Below are positions 16,536 through 25,241 of a stretch of DNA of 64,000 nt, piece after piece; positions within the stretch are counted from its first letter, which is position 1; each line of letters starts with the position of its first letter. Below the pieces are notes generated by a model, which was not told the DNA's origin, made no database searches, and saw only the letters and a program-made list of their open reading frames with translations. Source of the DNA: Candidatus Obscuribacterales bacterium (lineage in GTDB: Bacteria > Cyanobacteriota > Vampirovibrionia > Obscuribacterales > Obscuribacteraceae); NCBI GenBank assembly GCA_965228855.1, contig CBDDIJ010000003.1:1792001-1856000 (forward strand), in the 5' to 3' direction. Both the position numbers and the translations under genes were made by a program.

Positions 16536-17329
16536 GCGCTTTGAAAAAATACTGGGCCATCGCCTGGATATCCGCGAAATCGAATCTCGCTTATGTCAGT
16601 GAAGTTTGGAGCAGATTGTTCTTCCTCGCTGTCATCCTCTACGTCTTCATGTGCGTTTGGAAAGCGACATTCGCTAATAATCCGGCAGGTCGATTCGAAG
16701 GATTCACCTTGAATGAAATCGTCTGGTACCTGGCCTTCGCGGAAGCGATCATAATGTCTTCTCCGCGCGTGACTCCACTCGTTGATGAGGACGTGAGAAC
16801 CGGAGCCATTGCCGTGCAGTTGGTGCGACCTCTGTCGTACCCTCTGTACAGGCTCGCCTCCAACTTTGGAGAACAGATTGTTCGCTTTGCCACCACATTC
16901 TTTGCGGCGGCAGTGATAGCAGTTGTTCTTGGCGGAGTCCCCGACAACTTCGCGACCGGATTGCTCTTTGCCTTGATCGTGTTGCCTTTCGCATTTGTTC
17001 TCGACTTCCTTGGATATTTGCTGGTAGGGCTCAGCGCTTTCTGGTTCGAAGATACGACCGGACTCGCTCTCATCTATTCACGATTGACGATGATAGCTGG
17101 AGGCATGCTTCTCCCGCTGGAATTGTTTCCCGAGAACTTTCGGCTTATATTGAAGGGTTTGCCCTTCGCATACATCGTGAATGGACCGGCCGGTTTGTTC
17201 GTACATCCGGACTTAACGGTATTAGGAATGGTGCTGGCCAATCAGCTAGTCTGGATAGCCGTGTTCAGTTTGCTCGTCGCGGCTGTATACAGAAAAGCGC
17301 TTGGACGCATCGCCTTGAATGGAGGATAA
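16532..17329 (+). CDS. ABC-2 family permease (DUF990-like)
   Basis: About 6 TM helices; DVRTGAIAVQLVRPL, GGMLLPLELFP, C-terminal NGG; ATGA overlap. Confidence 0.88.
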   Translation: MSALKKYWAIAWISAKSNLAYVSEVWSRLFFLAVILYVFMCVWKATFANNPAGRFEGFTLNEIVWYLAFAEAIIMSSPRVTPLVDEDVRTGAIAVQLVRPLSYPLYRLASNFGEQIVRFATTFFAAAVIAVVLGGVPDNFATGLLFALIVLPFAFVLDFLGYLLVGLSAFWFEDTTGLALIYSRLTMIAGGMLLPLELFPENFRLILKGLPFAYIVNGPAGLFVHPDLTVLGMVLANQLVWIAVFSLLVAAVYRKALGRIALNGG

Positions 17330-17330
17330 A

Positions 17331-18128
17331 ATGTGGAATAGATTATTCAACTATCTCGGTCTTGCTGTTGCCTACTTTGGATTCAACTTCAAAGCGCAAC
17401 TCGAGTACCGCACTGCATTCGTCTCTCAATCGTTCGCAATGTTTTTGAACGACTGCATATGGCTTGTTTACTTCATCATGTTCTTTGATCGATTCAACGT
17501 CGTCAAAGGATGGCAAGCTGAAGACGTAGCGACACTATGGGCGGTGACTGCCGCGGGTTTCGGAATCGGGCACAGTCTGTTCGGTAACTCGCTCGGTTTA
17601 GCCCGGATCATTGCGAATGGCGACCTGGACGGATGGCTCTTGTATCCAAGGGCTCTTCTGCCGCACGTCGTCCTCGGCAAAATGAGCGCCAGTTCGTTCG
17701 GAGACGCTATATTCGGATATGTAGTGTATCTGGTCGTAGTGAGACCGGATTTGCCACACTTTCTCCTGTTCACAGCACTCACGTTCAGCGTAGCATTGCT
17801 GTTTCTAGGGTTCAGTGTTCTCACCGGCAGTTTGAGCTTTTTCATAGGCAACGGAGATAGCTTAAGCGAAGGCTGGCGCAACGCCCTGATTGCATTCAGC
17901 ACCTATCCGATGGATCTGTTTGACGGTAAAACCAAGCTGTTGTTATTGACGATAATACCTGCAGCTTACGTCAGCGGATTTCCAGTCGAGGCGCTCAGGA
18001 AGCTGTCGCTTTTGCACGCGGCATATAGCCTTCTTGGAGCACTGGCAGTAGTGGCAACAGCCGCGATCGTGTTTCATCTCGGATTGAGGCGCTACGAGTC
18101 AGGCAATATGGTGGCAATGCGCGGGTAG
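17331..18128 (+). CDS. ABC-2 family permease (DUF990-like), second subunit
   Basis: LEYR, GDLDGWLLYP, FSTYPMDLF, GLRRYESG; SD GGAGG before MWNRL. Confidence 0.88.
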   Translation: MWNRLFNYLGLAVAYFGFNFKAQLEYRTAFVSQSFAMFLNDCIWLVYFIMFFDRFNVVKGWQAEDVATLWAVTAAGFGIGHSLFGNSLGLARIIANGDLDGWLLYPRALLPHVVLGKMSASSFGDAIFGYVVYLVVVRPDLPHFLLFTALTFSVALLFLGFSVLTGSLSFFIGNGDSLSEGWRNALIAFSTYPMDLFDGKTKLLLLTIIPAAYVSGFPVEALRKLSLLHAAYSLLGALAVVATAAIVFHLGLRRYESGNMVAMRG

Positions 18129-18130
18129 AG

Positions 18131-18164
18131 AGAAACGGGAGAGCGGAAACGCTTTCCCGTTTCT
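18131..18164. terminator. Stem-loop between convergent genes, likely terminator
   Basis: AGAAACGGGAGAGCG-GAAA-CGCTTTCCCGTTTCT. Confidence 0.7.
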
Positions 18165-18217
18165 TATGCGCAAAACCTTCGAGATTACCGTATACAAACC
18201 GGGGTGAACGCGAAACA

Positions 18218-19282
18218 TCAACAGCGAGCGACAGCCGGGGTGACAGGCTCTTTTCCTATTAAACGAGAAGCGTGCGAGGTGGCAGCAAGATAGATCGGTT
18301 TAGGATTCAAACTAAACTCGCGCAGACACGCCTCGGCAAATTTCACAGCATGTTCGTCTTTTGTATTTACAGCCCTGTCAACTAGCTCCTCATGTGTTTC
18401 TTCAACATGATCGCAACCAGTGAATCTGCCATCCTGACCAGATACTGAATACAATCCCATAGCGGTCTGCCAGGCATAACTCAATACTGAATCATAATCA
18501 TTGCCATCAATGTAAGGAAGCAATATTCGCAGCATGCTCGGAGCCGTCACGGTGTGGATGAAAGTAATCGCATGTCCGATGTGACTTGCGTTGGCAAGGT
18601 AGCAACCAGCAGTCATCTCGGTAAGTTCCGATAGGAATCGATTGGCATCGCCTGTGACATCAATATCATTCACGACCGGTTTAAAATCAACGAACTCAAG
18701 AGCCTGCATCGATTCTTCGATCAATTTATACTTTCCGAGTTCTTCTCGCGGAACGATGGGAACGCTCTCAATCGCAGTTCCAGGTCGCATCTTGCCCGCA
18801 TCTCGTTGCCGTTCTCCCGGCAGGTGATGAAACGAGGAAGCCCAGTAGGCAAGCCCCTCAGCCAGTTCATTCAAACGAAGTTGGTTTTCCCCGTGAGTGA
18901 GAGTTCGAACTGCATGACCTGTTCGAATGATGCCGTGCGTTCCACCTGCCATCATTCCTGGTGCTAATGTCGGCGCCCACTTCCGAATTACGGACTGCCA
19001 TGGTCTTTCTTTCAACTGGTTCTGAAAGAAAACATCCCAATCGCCGCAGCGTTCAAACTTACCAAGCGCCTCTTGCCAGTTCTCGACGCTTATCGGGTCT
19101 CGCGGCTGGGGATGCTCGCGCAGCCGCTTCCTGTAACTCTCCGCCCAGGAGATGACACCGTCTGGTCTACCAAGAGTTATCATCGCCTCAGAGGCCATAG
19201 GACCATGATTTGAAAAGCCTACTCCGAACTCCGGTCCTGTATTCTCTAAAATCTCCAGAGCTTCATCAATTGTGGTTTCCAT
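18218..19282 (-). CDS. DUF4243/questin oxidase-like family protein
   Basis: FSNHGPM, HGIIRTGHA, ELAEGLAYWA, IHTVTA, DEHAVKFAEACLRE. Start at METTID. Confidence 0.8.
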   Translation of the reverse strand: METTIDEALEILENTGPEFGVGFSNHGPMASEAMITLGRPDGVISWAESYRKRLREHPQPRDPISVENWQEALGKFERCGDWDVFFQNQLKERPWQSVIRKWAPTLAPGMMAGGTHGIIRTGHAVRTLTHGENQLRLNELAEGLAYWASSFHHLPGERQRDAGKMRPGTAIESVPIVPREELGKYKLIEESMQALEFVDFKPVVNDIDVTGDANRFLSELTEMTAGCYLANASHIGHAITFIHTVTAPSMLRILLPYIDGNDYDSVLSYAWQTAMGLYSVSGQDGRFTGCDHVEETHEELVDRAVNTKDEHAVKFAEACLREFSLNPKPIYLAATSHASRLIGKEPVTPAVARC

Positions 19283-19383
19283 GCTGTCCTCGTTGGCAGA
19301 GACAGATACATCATAGCAGTGATGAGATATGATCATATTTGAAGTTCCTCAGCCCGTTTGAAATTGTTCGGAGTATAGAGTTG

Positions 19384-20283
19384 ATGACTAAACACAGACT
19401 GTGTTTTTCGGTCGTATCACTGGCAGTGGTATCACTTATATCCAGCTGCCTCCCTATGCAAGACCTACCCCGTCCCGGTGATGACGAGGCTGCTGATGCA
19501 GAGGGTTTCTTTACATCACACAAGTATGCAGAAGCCATCCCGCTCCTGGAAACGGCTGTGAAGAAACAGGCCATGTTCGGCTCGGCAAGCAGGGATCTGA
19601 ACTATTCAAAATTGCAGTTGGGTCAGTGTTACGCAAGAACGGGCAACTATGAGGAGGCAACAAAAAATCTCTTACAGTGTCTTCCTTATGTCACCCTCGT
19701 GCAAGGAGAATGCCTTGAAGAACTGGGCGACGTCGCAGTTAAGCAGAATCAACTTTCCTCTGCTGAAGCGTATTATTCGGATGCTATAAAATGGCACGAA
19801 AAGAATAAGGATCAATTCAACGTTGTCGTCGAGAAGCAGAAACTGGCACGTGTAGCTGAGAAGCTGAAGAAATACGAGCTTGCCGAATCACTGCTGGTGT
19901 GGCTAAACGACAACGAATGCAAAAGATACACTGGCATTGCAAAAGCTTATGGTCCCTTCGATCTGGCCGAGTACTACGATCGGATTGGCAAGAAGGACAA
20001 GGCGCAGTCCTTTTATCTGGAAACTATCAACATCATGGAGAAGGAGCATAAGGGTGGTCCTCAATACACCGGCTATTACTACATGAAACTGGGCGACTTC
20101 TATGCAAAAAACAAGGATACAACGAAGGCTAAGGCTTCATATCAAAAGGCCCTGGACCTCTATAAAGGACGAAAGCTGCTGAGTGAGCCACCGCCGGACA
20201 ATGGCATAATAGAGGAACATCCGTCGGTCGAGATTTATGAAACCGACCGCATCGAAACACAGAAGAAGCTCGACGCGATCTAA
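19384..20283 (+). CDS. TPR-repeat lipoprotein
   Basis: Lipobox-like LISSC; multiple TPRs (LGQCYARTGNYEEA, LGDFYAKNKDTTKAKASYQKAL). Confidence 0.8.
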   Translation: MTKHRLCFSVVSLAVVSLISSCLPMQDLPRPGDDEAADAEGFFTSHKYAEAIPLLETAVKKQAMFGSASRDLNYSKLQLGQCYARTGNYEEATKNLLQCLPYVTLVQGECLEELGDVAVKQNQLSSAEAYYSDAIKWHEKNKDQFNVVVEKQKLARVAEKLKKYELAESLLVWLNDNECKRYTGIAKAYGPFDLAEYYDRIGKKDKAQSFYLETINIMEKEHKGGPQYTGYYYMKLGDFYAKNKDTTKAKASYQKALDLYKGRKLLSEPPPDNGIIEEHPSVEIYETDRIETQKKLDAI

Positions 20284-20373
20284 CGCTGCTATCTTGACAT
20301 TTGACAGATCACCTCGTGGGCTGGGGATTATGCTACGATCAGGCGTTCAAGGAATTCTCGCACGGAGAGTCAT

Positions 20374-21153
20374 TTGATTCTTATGATTAAAACTGTCGCG
20401 CCTGCTCTGAAAGCATTAGTTTCGGATCTCATAGATTATGCCGGACTCTATCCGCCGGCAAAACTGCCTATCGAGGATGCAATCGCAAACTTCGTCGAAT
20501 ATGAATCCGGAAACCATTCCTGGATGCTGCGCTGGTTTGTTGTAGGCGCCGGAGAGCTCGATAAAGTTCCCGACAGTTTGAACGGCAAGTTGTCCGTTCT
20601 GACCGACAGCGAGGAGAAACGTGCCGCAAGTCTGGAAACCAGCACCATTTTTGCTGCCGCGCGACCTGTCTACTGCGAGATCCCTTTCACAGATCTACAA
20701 AAGCTCGACGAGATAAAATCGTCAGGGTGTTTTGCGAAAATGCGCACCGGTGGTATAAAGCCTGAAGCCATTCCGTCACCGTCAATGGTGTCATCTTTTA
20801 TACTGGCTTGCGCAGAGCGACGACTGCCGTTTAAAGCTACCGCAGGTCTGCACCACCCTATCCGAAAGGAATACGCCCTCACATACGACGCGGATGCTCC
20901 GAGAGGCACGATGCATGGTTTTATTAACGTGCTGATGGCATCGGCGTTTGCATGGAGCGGCGATAAAGAGATCGAGAAGATCATCGAAGAAACCGATCCA
21001 ACCGCTTTTCGTTTCGACGACAAAGCTTGCTGGCGAGACAAATCATTGAGCGCCGACCAAGTTCGTGACGCTCGACAAAACTTCATGCACGCTATCGGCT
21101 CGTGCTCCTTTGAAGAACCTGTTCAAGACCTGCAGGCACTGGGTCTCCTCTAA
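20374..21153 (+). CDS. Conserved hypothetical protein (LIDYAGLxPPA / FKATAGLHHP family)
   Basis: Conserved-looking motifs LIDYAGLYPPA, KMRTGG, FKATAGLHHP, MHGFINV, GSCSFEEP. Confidence 0.8.
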   Translation: MILMIKTVAPALKALVSDLIDYAGLYPPAKLPIEDAIANFVEYESGNHSWMLRWFVVGAGELDKVPDSLNGKLSVLTDSEEKRAASLETSTIFAAARPVYCEIPFTDLQKLDEIKSSGCFAKMRTGGIKPEAIPSPSMVSSFILACAERRLPFKATAGLHHPIRKEYALTYDADAPRGTMHGFINVLMASAFAWSGDKEIEKIIEETDPTAFRFDDKACWRDKSLSADQVRDARQNFMHAIGSCSFEEPVQDLQALGLL

Positions 21154-21154
21154 A

Positions 21155-22360
21155 ATGAGCAGTGAAAACAACATCCATCTCTCAGATCGAGTTATCGCAA
21201 TTCCGAGTTCAAACATTCGCGATTCAATGAAAAGGGTAGCTTTGGAAACGGCTCGCGGCGAAGTCGTAAATCTGGCGCAGGGACTACCAGAATTTCCAGC
21301 ACCAGATGTAGTGAAGCAAGCGGCAAAAGACGCTATCGACTCAAATCACAATCAGTATTGCGACACATGGGGTCATCCGCCTCTTCGTGAGGCGATAGCA
21401 AACAAATATTTGAACCATTACGGCTTGAAGGTCGACCCGCAGAACGAAATTACAGTAACCTGCGGTGTCAGCGAAGCTGTTAATTGCGCACTACTGACGG
21501 TGCTCAACCCGGGCGACGAGGTTATAGTTTTCGAGCCGTTCTATGAAAACTATTTTGCAAATATCATCATCGCCAACGCGACTGTGAAATACGTCAAATT
21601 GCATAAGCCCGATTACACGTTTTTCGAAGAAGAACTAGCCTCCGCATTTAATGACAAAACGCGCGCAATTATCATCAACAATCCGAACAATCCGACGACA
21701 CGGGTTTTCACGAGAGAAGAGTTAGAATCGATCGCAAAGCTTTGCCAGAAGTGGAATACAGTAGCGGTGTGCGATGAGATCTATGAACATATGGTTTACG
21801 ACGGACGTAAGCACACAGTGATGGCAACACTGCCGGGAATGGAAGATCGCACTTTCACATGTTCCGGTCTCTCAAAGTCCTACAATCTTACCGGTTGGCG
21901 TGTCGGCTGGGTAATAGCGCCGGAAGCTTACACTGCAAATCTGCGAAAAATTCACGACTATTTGACGTTGGTTGCACCGACTCCGCTGCAGTATGCAGGC
22001 ATAACAGCGTTGCAACTGCCAGCCGAGTATTACACTGACCTGACCGAGAAATACACCGTTCTTAGAGACCAACTGAGCGACTCACTTCTCGATGCTGGAT
22101 TTGAACTTTTGCGCCCGCAGGGGACTTACTTCGCGCTTGCTGATTGTTCAAAACTCGGTTTCGCCAACGATCGTGAAGCGGTTGACTTCATGGCAAGAGA
22201 ACTACGGGTAGTGGCGGTTTCCGGATTTAGTTTCTTCCGTCCCGACACCGTAAGCCAGGCAATTCGCTTCTGTTTTGCAAAGCAAATTCAGACACTCGAA
22301 CGCGCCGGTCAACAACTGCGTCCAATGAAAGAAATGCGGCAAAAAGAAAGGAGCGTTTAA
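21155..22360 (+). CDS. PLP-dependent class I/II aminotransferase (methionine/kynurenine aminotransferase-like)
   Basis: VNLAQGLPEF, NNPNNPT, DEIYEH, SGLSKSYNLTGWRVGW, IRFCFAK. Confidence 0.92.
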   Translation: MSSENNIHLSDRVIAIPSSNIRDSMKRVALETARGEVVNLAQGLPEFPAPDVVKQAAKDAIDSNHNQYCDTWGHPPLREAIANKYLNHYGLKVDPQNEITVTCGVSEAVNCALLTVLNPGDEVIVFEPFYENYFANIIIANATVKYVKLHKPDYTFFEEELASAFNDKTRAIIINNPNNPTTRVFTREELESIAKLCQKWNTVAVCDEIYEHMVYDGRKHTVMATLPGMEDRTFTCSGLSKSYNLTGWRVGWVIAPEAYTANLRKIHDYLTLVAPTPLQYAGITALQLPAEYYTDLTEKYTVLRDQLSDSLLDAGFELLRPQGTYFALADCSKLGFANDREAVDFMARELRVVAVSGFSFFRPDTVSQAIRFCFAKQIQTLERAGQQLRPMKEMRQKERSV

Positions 22361-22362
22361 AA

Positions 22363-23247
22363 GTGGAAGTTCATTTACTGGATGGCACCTACGAACTTTT
22401 TAGACACTACTTTGGTGTGCCCAAATCATTGAATGCTGACGGACAGGAAATCGGTGCCGTTCGCGGAGTGCTCGCATCGGTCGTTTCAATGTTCGCGAAG
22501 GGCGCGACACACGTAGGCGTAGCCACTGATCATGTGATCGAGTCGTTCAGGAACGAACTATTTCCTTACTACAAAACCGGCGAAGGCATCCCCGAAGACC
22601 TCTGGTCACAGTTTCCACTGCTCGAAGAAGCACTAGACTCCATGGGAGTAAAGGTCTGGGCGATGGTCGAATTCGAAGCAGATGATGCTTTAGCTGCAGC
22701 GGCACAGAAAGCCGCCCAAGATTCTAGAGTAGAGCGAGTGATAATTTGCACTCCGGACAAAGATCTCGGTCAATCTGTCGTTGGCACAAAAATCGTTCAA
22801 ATGGACAGGCGCCGTGATACTATCCGCGATGAAGCCGGAGTGATTGAAAAGTTTGGGGTTCGTCCCGAATCGATACCGGATTTTCTCGGAGTAGTTGGTG
22901 ATACCGCCGATGGTATTCCAGGTCTGCCTAGATGGGGAGCCAAGGCGGCAGCCTCGGTATTATCGGTTTATCCGCATTTAGAAGACATTCCTAAAGATCC
23001 GAAGCAGTGGCCGTCTTCTATAAGAGGCGCCGGCACCTTAGCAGCGACCTTATTCGAGAAGTGGGAAGAAGCGCTTTTATATAGGAAACTGGCAACGTTG
23101 AGAACGGATGTCGATGTTTTCTCGAACGTTGATGAGCTGGAATGGAAGGGTCCGCAACCGGCGTTTGAAGAAAACTGCAAGCGATTGAAAGCGCTAGACG
23201 TGTACAAACGTGCTCAAGCTGTAGCCGCGCCAAAGCTGAAAGCATGA
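22363..23247 (+). CDS. Stand-alone 5'-3' exonuclease/flap endonuclease
   Basis: LLDGTYELFR, FRNELFPYYK, EADD, TPDKDL, GDTADGIPGLPRWGAKAA (H3TH); no polymerase domain. Confidence 0.92.
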   Translation: MEVHLLDGTYELFRHYFGVPKSLNADGQEIGAVRGVLASVVSMFAKGATHVGVATDHVIESFRNELFPYYKTGEGIPEDLWSQFPLLEEALDSMGVKVWAMVEFEADDALAAAAQKAAQDSRVERVIICTPDKDLGQSVVGTKIVQMDRRRDTIRDEAGVIEKFGVRPESIPDFLGVVGDTADGIPGLPRWGAKAAASVLSVYPHLEDIPKDPKQWPSSIRGAGTLAATLFEKWEEALLYRKLATLRTDVDVFSNVDELEWKGPQPAFEENCKRLKALDVYKRAQAVAAPKLKA

Positions 23248-23256
23248 GGCGACAAA

Positions 23257-24096
23257 GTGTTTTACATTTTCACCAGTCTAGTTGCCGCCGGCATGATGGG
23301 AGCTGGCGATTTCTTCGGTGGACTCGCGGCTAAGCGGGCACCGGTAGCGCTGGTCGGTTTCATCGGACAAATAATCGGCTTGATTGTGGTGGCCGCGCTT
23401 CTTCTGGTTGGTTCTGAAAACTTTGCATACGCACCATTCATCATTGGCGTCAGTGCGGGTGCATGCGGAAGCGTCGCTCTTCTGTCGCTTTATCGAGGGC
23501 TTGCGATCGGACGAGTCGCAATCGTTGCACCGGTATCAGCGGTTCTCGGAGCATTATTGCCGGTCGTGGTCGCCATTTTCACCGGCCACGAATTTGGCAT
23601 ACCAAAATGGATAGGAATAATTTCCGGACTTGCAGCAGTCTACGTATTATCACTTCCAGGCACAGAGGAAGACGAGCAAAGTAAGGAAAGCGGACTGATG
23701 CTCGCCATAGTCGCTGGAGTCGCGCTAGCGTTTTTCTACATGCTATTGGGCAATGAAGAAACCCATGGCAGTATCTGGACGTTACTCGGCGAACGCTGCT
23801 CCGTCGTCCTGGTCATGCTTGCGGTTATGCTGATCCGCCGTCAGTTTTCGATCAGCAGAAAAACTCCCGCGCTTTCCTACATTATTACGGCGGGAGTCTG
23901 CGACATCATCGGCAATTTGTCATTCCTGCACAGCGCAGCTCACGGACCACTACCGATGGTGGCACTTATAAGTTCTCTTTACCCGGCAATGACAATCTTC
24001 CTGGGCTGGCTGCTGTTAAAAGAACCTCTCACCAAAAGACTCTTCCTCGGAATTTCGTTGGCTTTCATATGTATCACTCTGTTCGCGCTGCATTGA
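23257..24096 (+). CDS. EamA/DMT family transporter
   Basis: About 10 TM helices; GAGDFFGG, AIVAPVSA, SSLYPAMTIFLGWLLLKEPL. Confidence 0.88.
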   Translation: MFYIFTSLVAAGMMGAGDFFGGLAAKRAPVALVGFIGQIIGLIVVAALLLVGSENFAYAPFIIGVSAGACGSVALLSLYRGLAIGRVAIVAPVSAVLGALLPVVVAIFTGHEFGIPKWIGIISGLAAVYVLSLPGTEEDEQSKESGLMLAIVAGVALAFFYMLLGNEETHGSIWTLLGERCSVVLVMLAVMLIRRQFSISRKTPALSYIITAGVCDIIGNLSFLHSAAHGPLPMVALISSLYPAMTIFLGWLLLKEPLTKRLFLGISLAFICITLFALH

Positions 24097-24102
24097 GAGA
24101 CA

Positions 24103-24483
24103 TTATGCCTCGCGCTTTTGCGCATTAATGCGATCTCTATCTCGAGAAGGTTGCGTGATCTTGTCAATCACTAGCTGAACAACCATTGCCATGATACCCG
24201 CAACGAGAATCACAGGCATAAAGGAAATTCCGACTGCTAATTGCCCTAACTCGTCGGAGTTGTCCGCGATGCTCAGCAGCAGGTTTGACGAGTGAAGGCT
24301 ACTCGCTGCCGAATAGATATGGGGAACGACATAAATCAGCCAAGCTGCTCCCAGAATGGTACCGAACAAGCAAGCCAGAGCAGTAAATCCCTGTATCTCT
24401 CCTTTCCTAATTTTCGCCGTTGCGCGCAGGGAACGGCGCGACATTTTTTTCCACTCTTGCTCTTTGTCGTTAAAATTACTCAT
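24103..24483 (-). CDS. Two-TM hypothetical membrane protein
   Basis: Two hydrophobic segments; fills the gap convergent to the EamA gene. Confidence 0.6.
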   Translation of the reverse strand: MSNFNDKEQEWKKMSRRSLRATAKIRKGEIQGFTALACLFGTILGAAWLIYVVPHIYSAASSLHSSNLLLSIADNSDELGQLAVGISFMPVILVAGIMAMVVQLVIDKITQPSRDRDRINAQKREA

Positions 24484-24649
24484 GATGGCTCACCGAACTG
24501 ATTTTACTAGTATTACTTTTGCCCGACCGAGGACGAACTTCCTACAGGTTTTAATTAATGAATTCTGCCGAGGTGGTCACAAAAGTTGCTTTCTAACACG
24601 AAGAGCAACTTCTGTAGTTCGCAATACAGTCGAGTCGAATTAATAAAAT

Positions 24650-24847
24650 CGGAAACGCAGCGAGATCAAGGAGCAATTGCAGACAAGGCTACTGGCAGGG
24701 GCTTTCACTGGGCTAGGCAGATTTCGGATCTGCTGATAGGATAGTAACAAGAAAACAAAATAAGCTTTTGATTCGGGGTCCCAGCGTGGTCCCCGTTTCT
24801 CCTTTTTGAGCTCGCCCTGCCGGTTTCCGGCGGGGTCGTTTTCTTTT
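24650..24847 (+). ncRNA. Structured RNA candidate (6S-like rod or attenuator leader) ending in an intrinsic terminator
   Basis: Long-range pairing 24650-24673 with 24799-24829; apical GCAGAT-TTCGG-ATCTGC; hairpin CGGGGTCC..GGTCCCCG; terminator CCCTGCCGG-TTT-CCGGCGGGG plus TTTTCTTTT. Confidence 0.45.
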
Positions 24848-24875
24848 GGAGTCAAAATATCCGAGAGGGCAGCAA

Positions 24876-25166
24876 ATGTCACCTTGCAAATTCTGTCAAA
24901 AACAAATTGATGAATCGAGCCTCTGGTGCCGGTTCTGCCAGCGAGTCGTAAAGGAGGAGCTTGCCAAACTTTGCCCCAGTTGCGCTGAATCTATAATAAG
25001 GTGGAGCCGCGTATGTCGATTCTGCGATGCTGCGATTTCCTTCAGCCAGACAAAAGACGACGATAACGATGAGTTCGGGGGCATCTACGCCAAAGTTTCG
25101 CCAGACCCACCCGAGGGCCCATCTTACGCCGCGTACTTGATTCCCAGAGGCGTGGAAAACAAGTGA
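24876..25166 (+). CDS. Small double zinc-ribbon protein
   Basis: CKFC...CRFC and CPSC...CRFC; SD GAGAGG. Confidence 0.7.
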   Translation: MSPCKFCQKQIDESSLWCRFCQRVVKEELAKLCPSCAESIIRWSRVCRFCDAAISFSQTKDDDNDEFGGIYAKVSPDPPEGPSYAAYLIPRGVENK

Positions 25167-25241
25167 CCGCAACGCCGAGTTTTGTGCGACACTTTGTTCA
25201 TTAGACTAACCGGTCTATCAACTCCGGACTTCAGGTGAATC

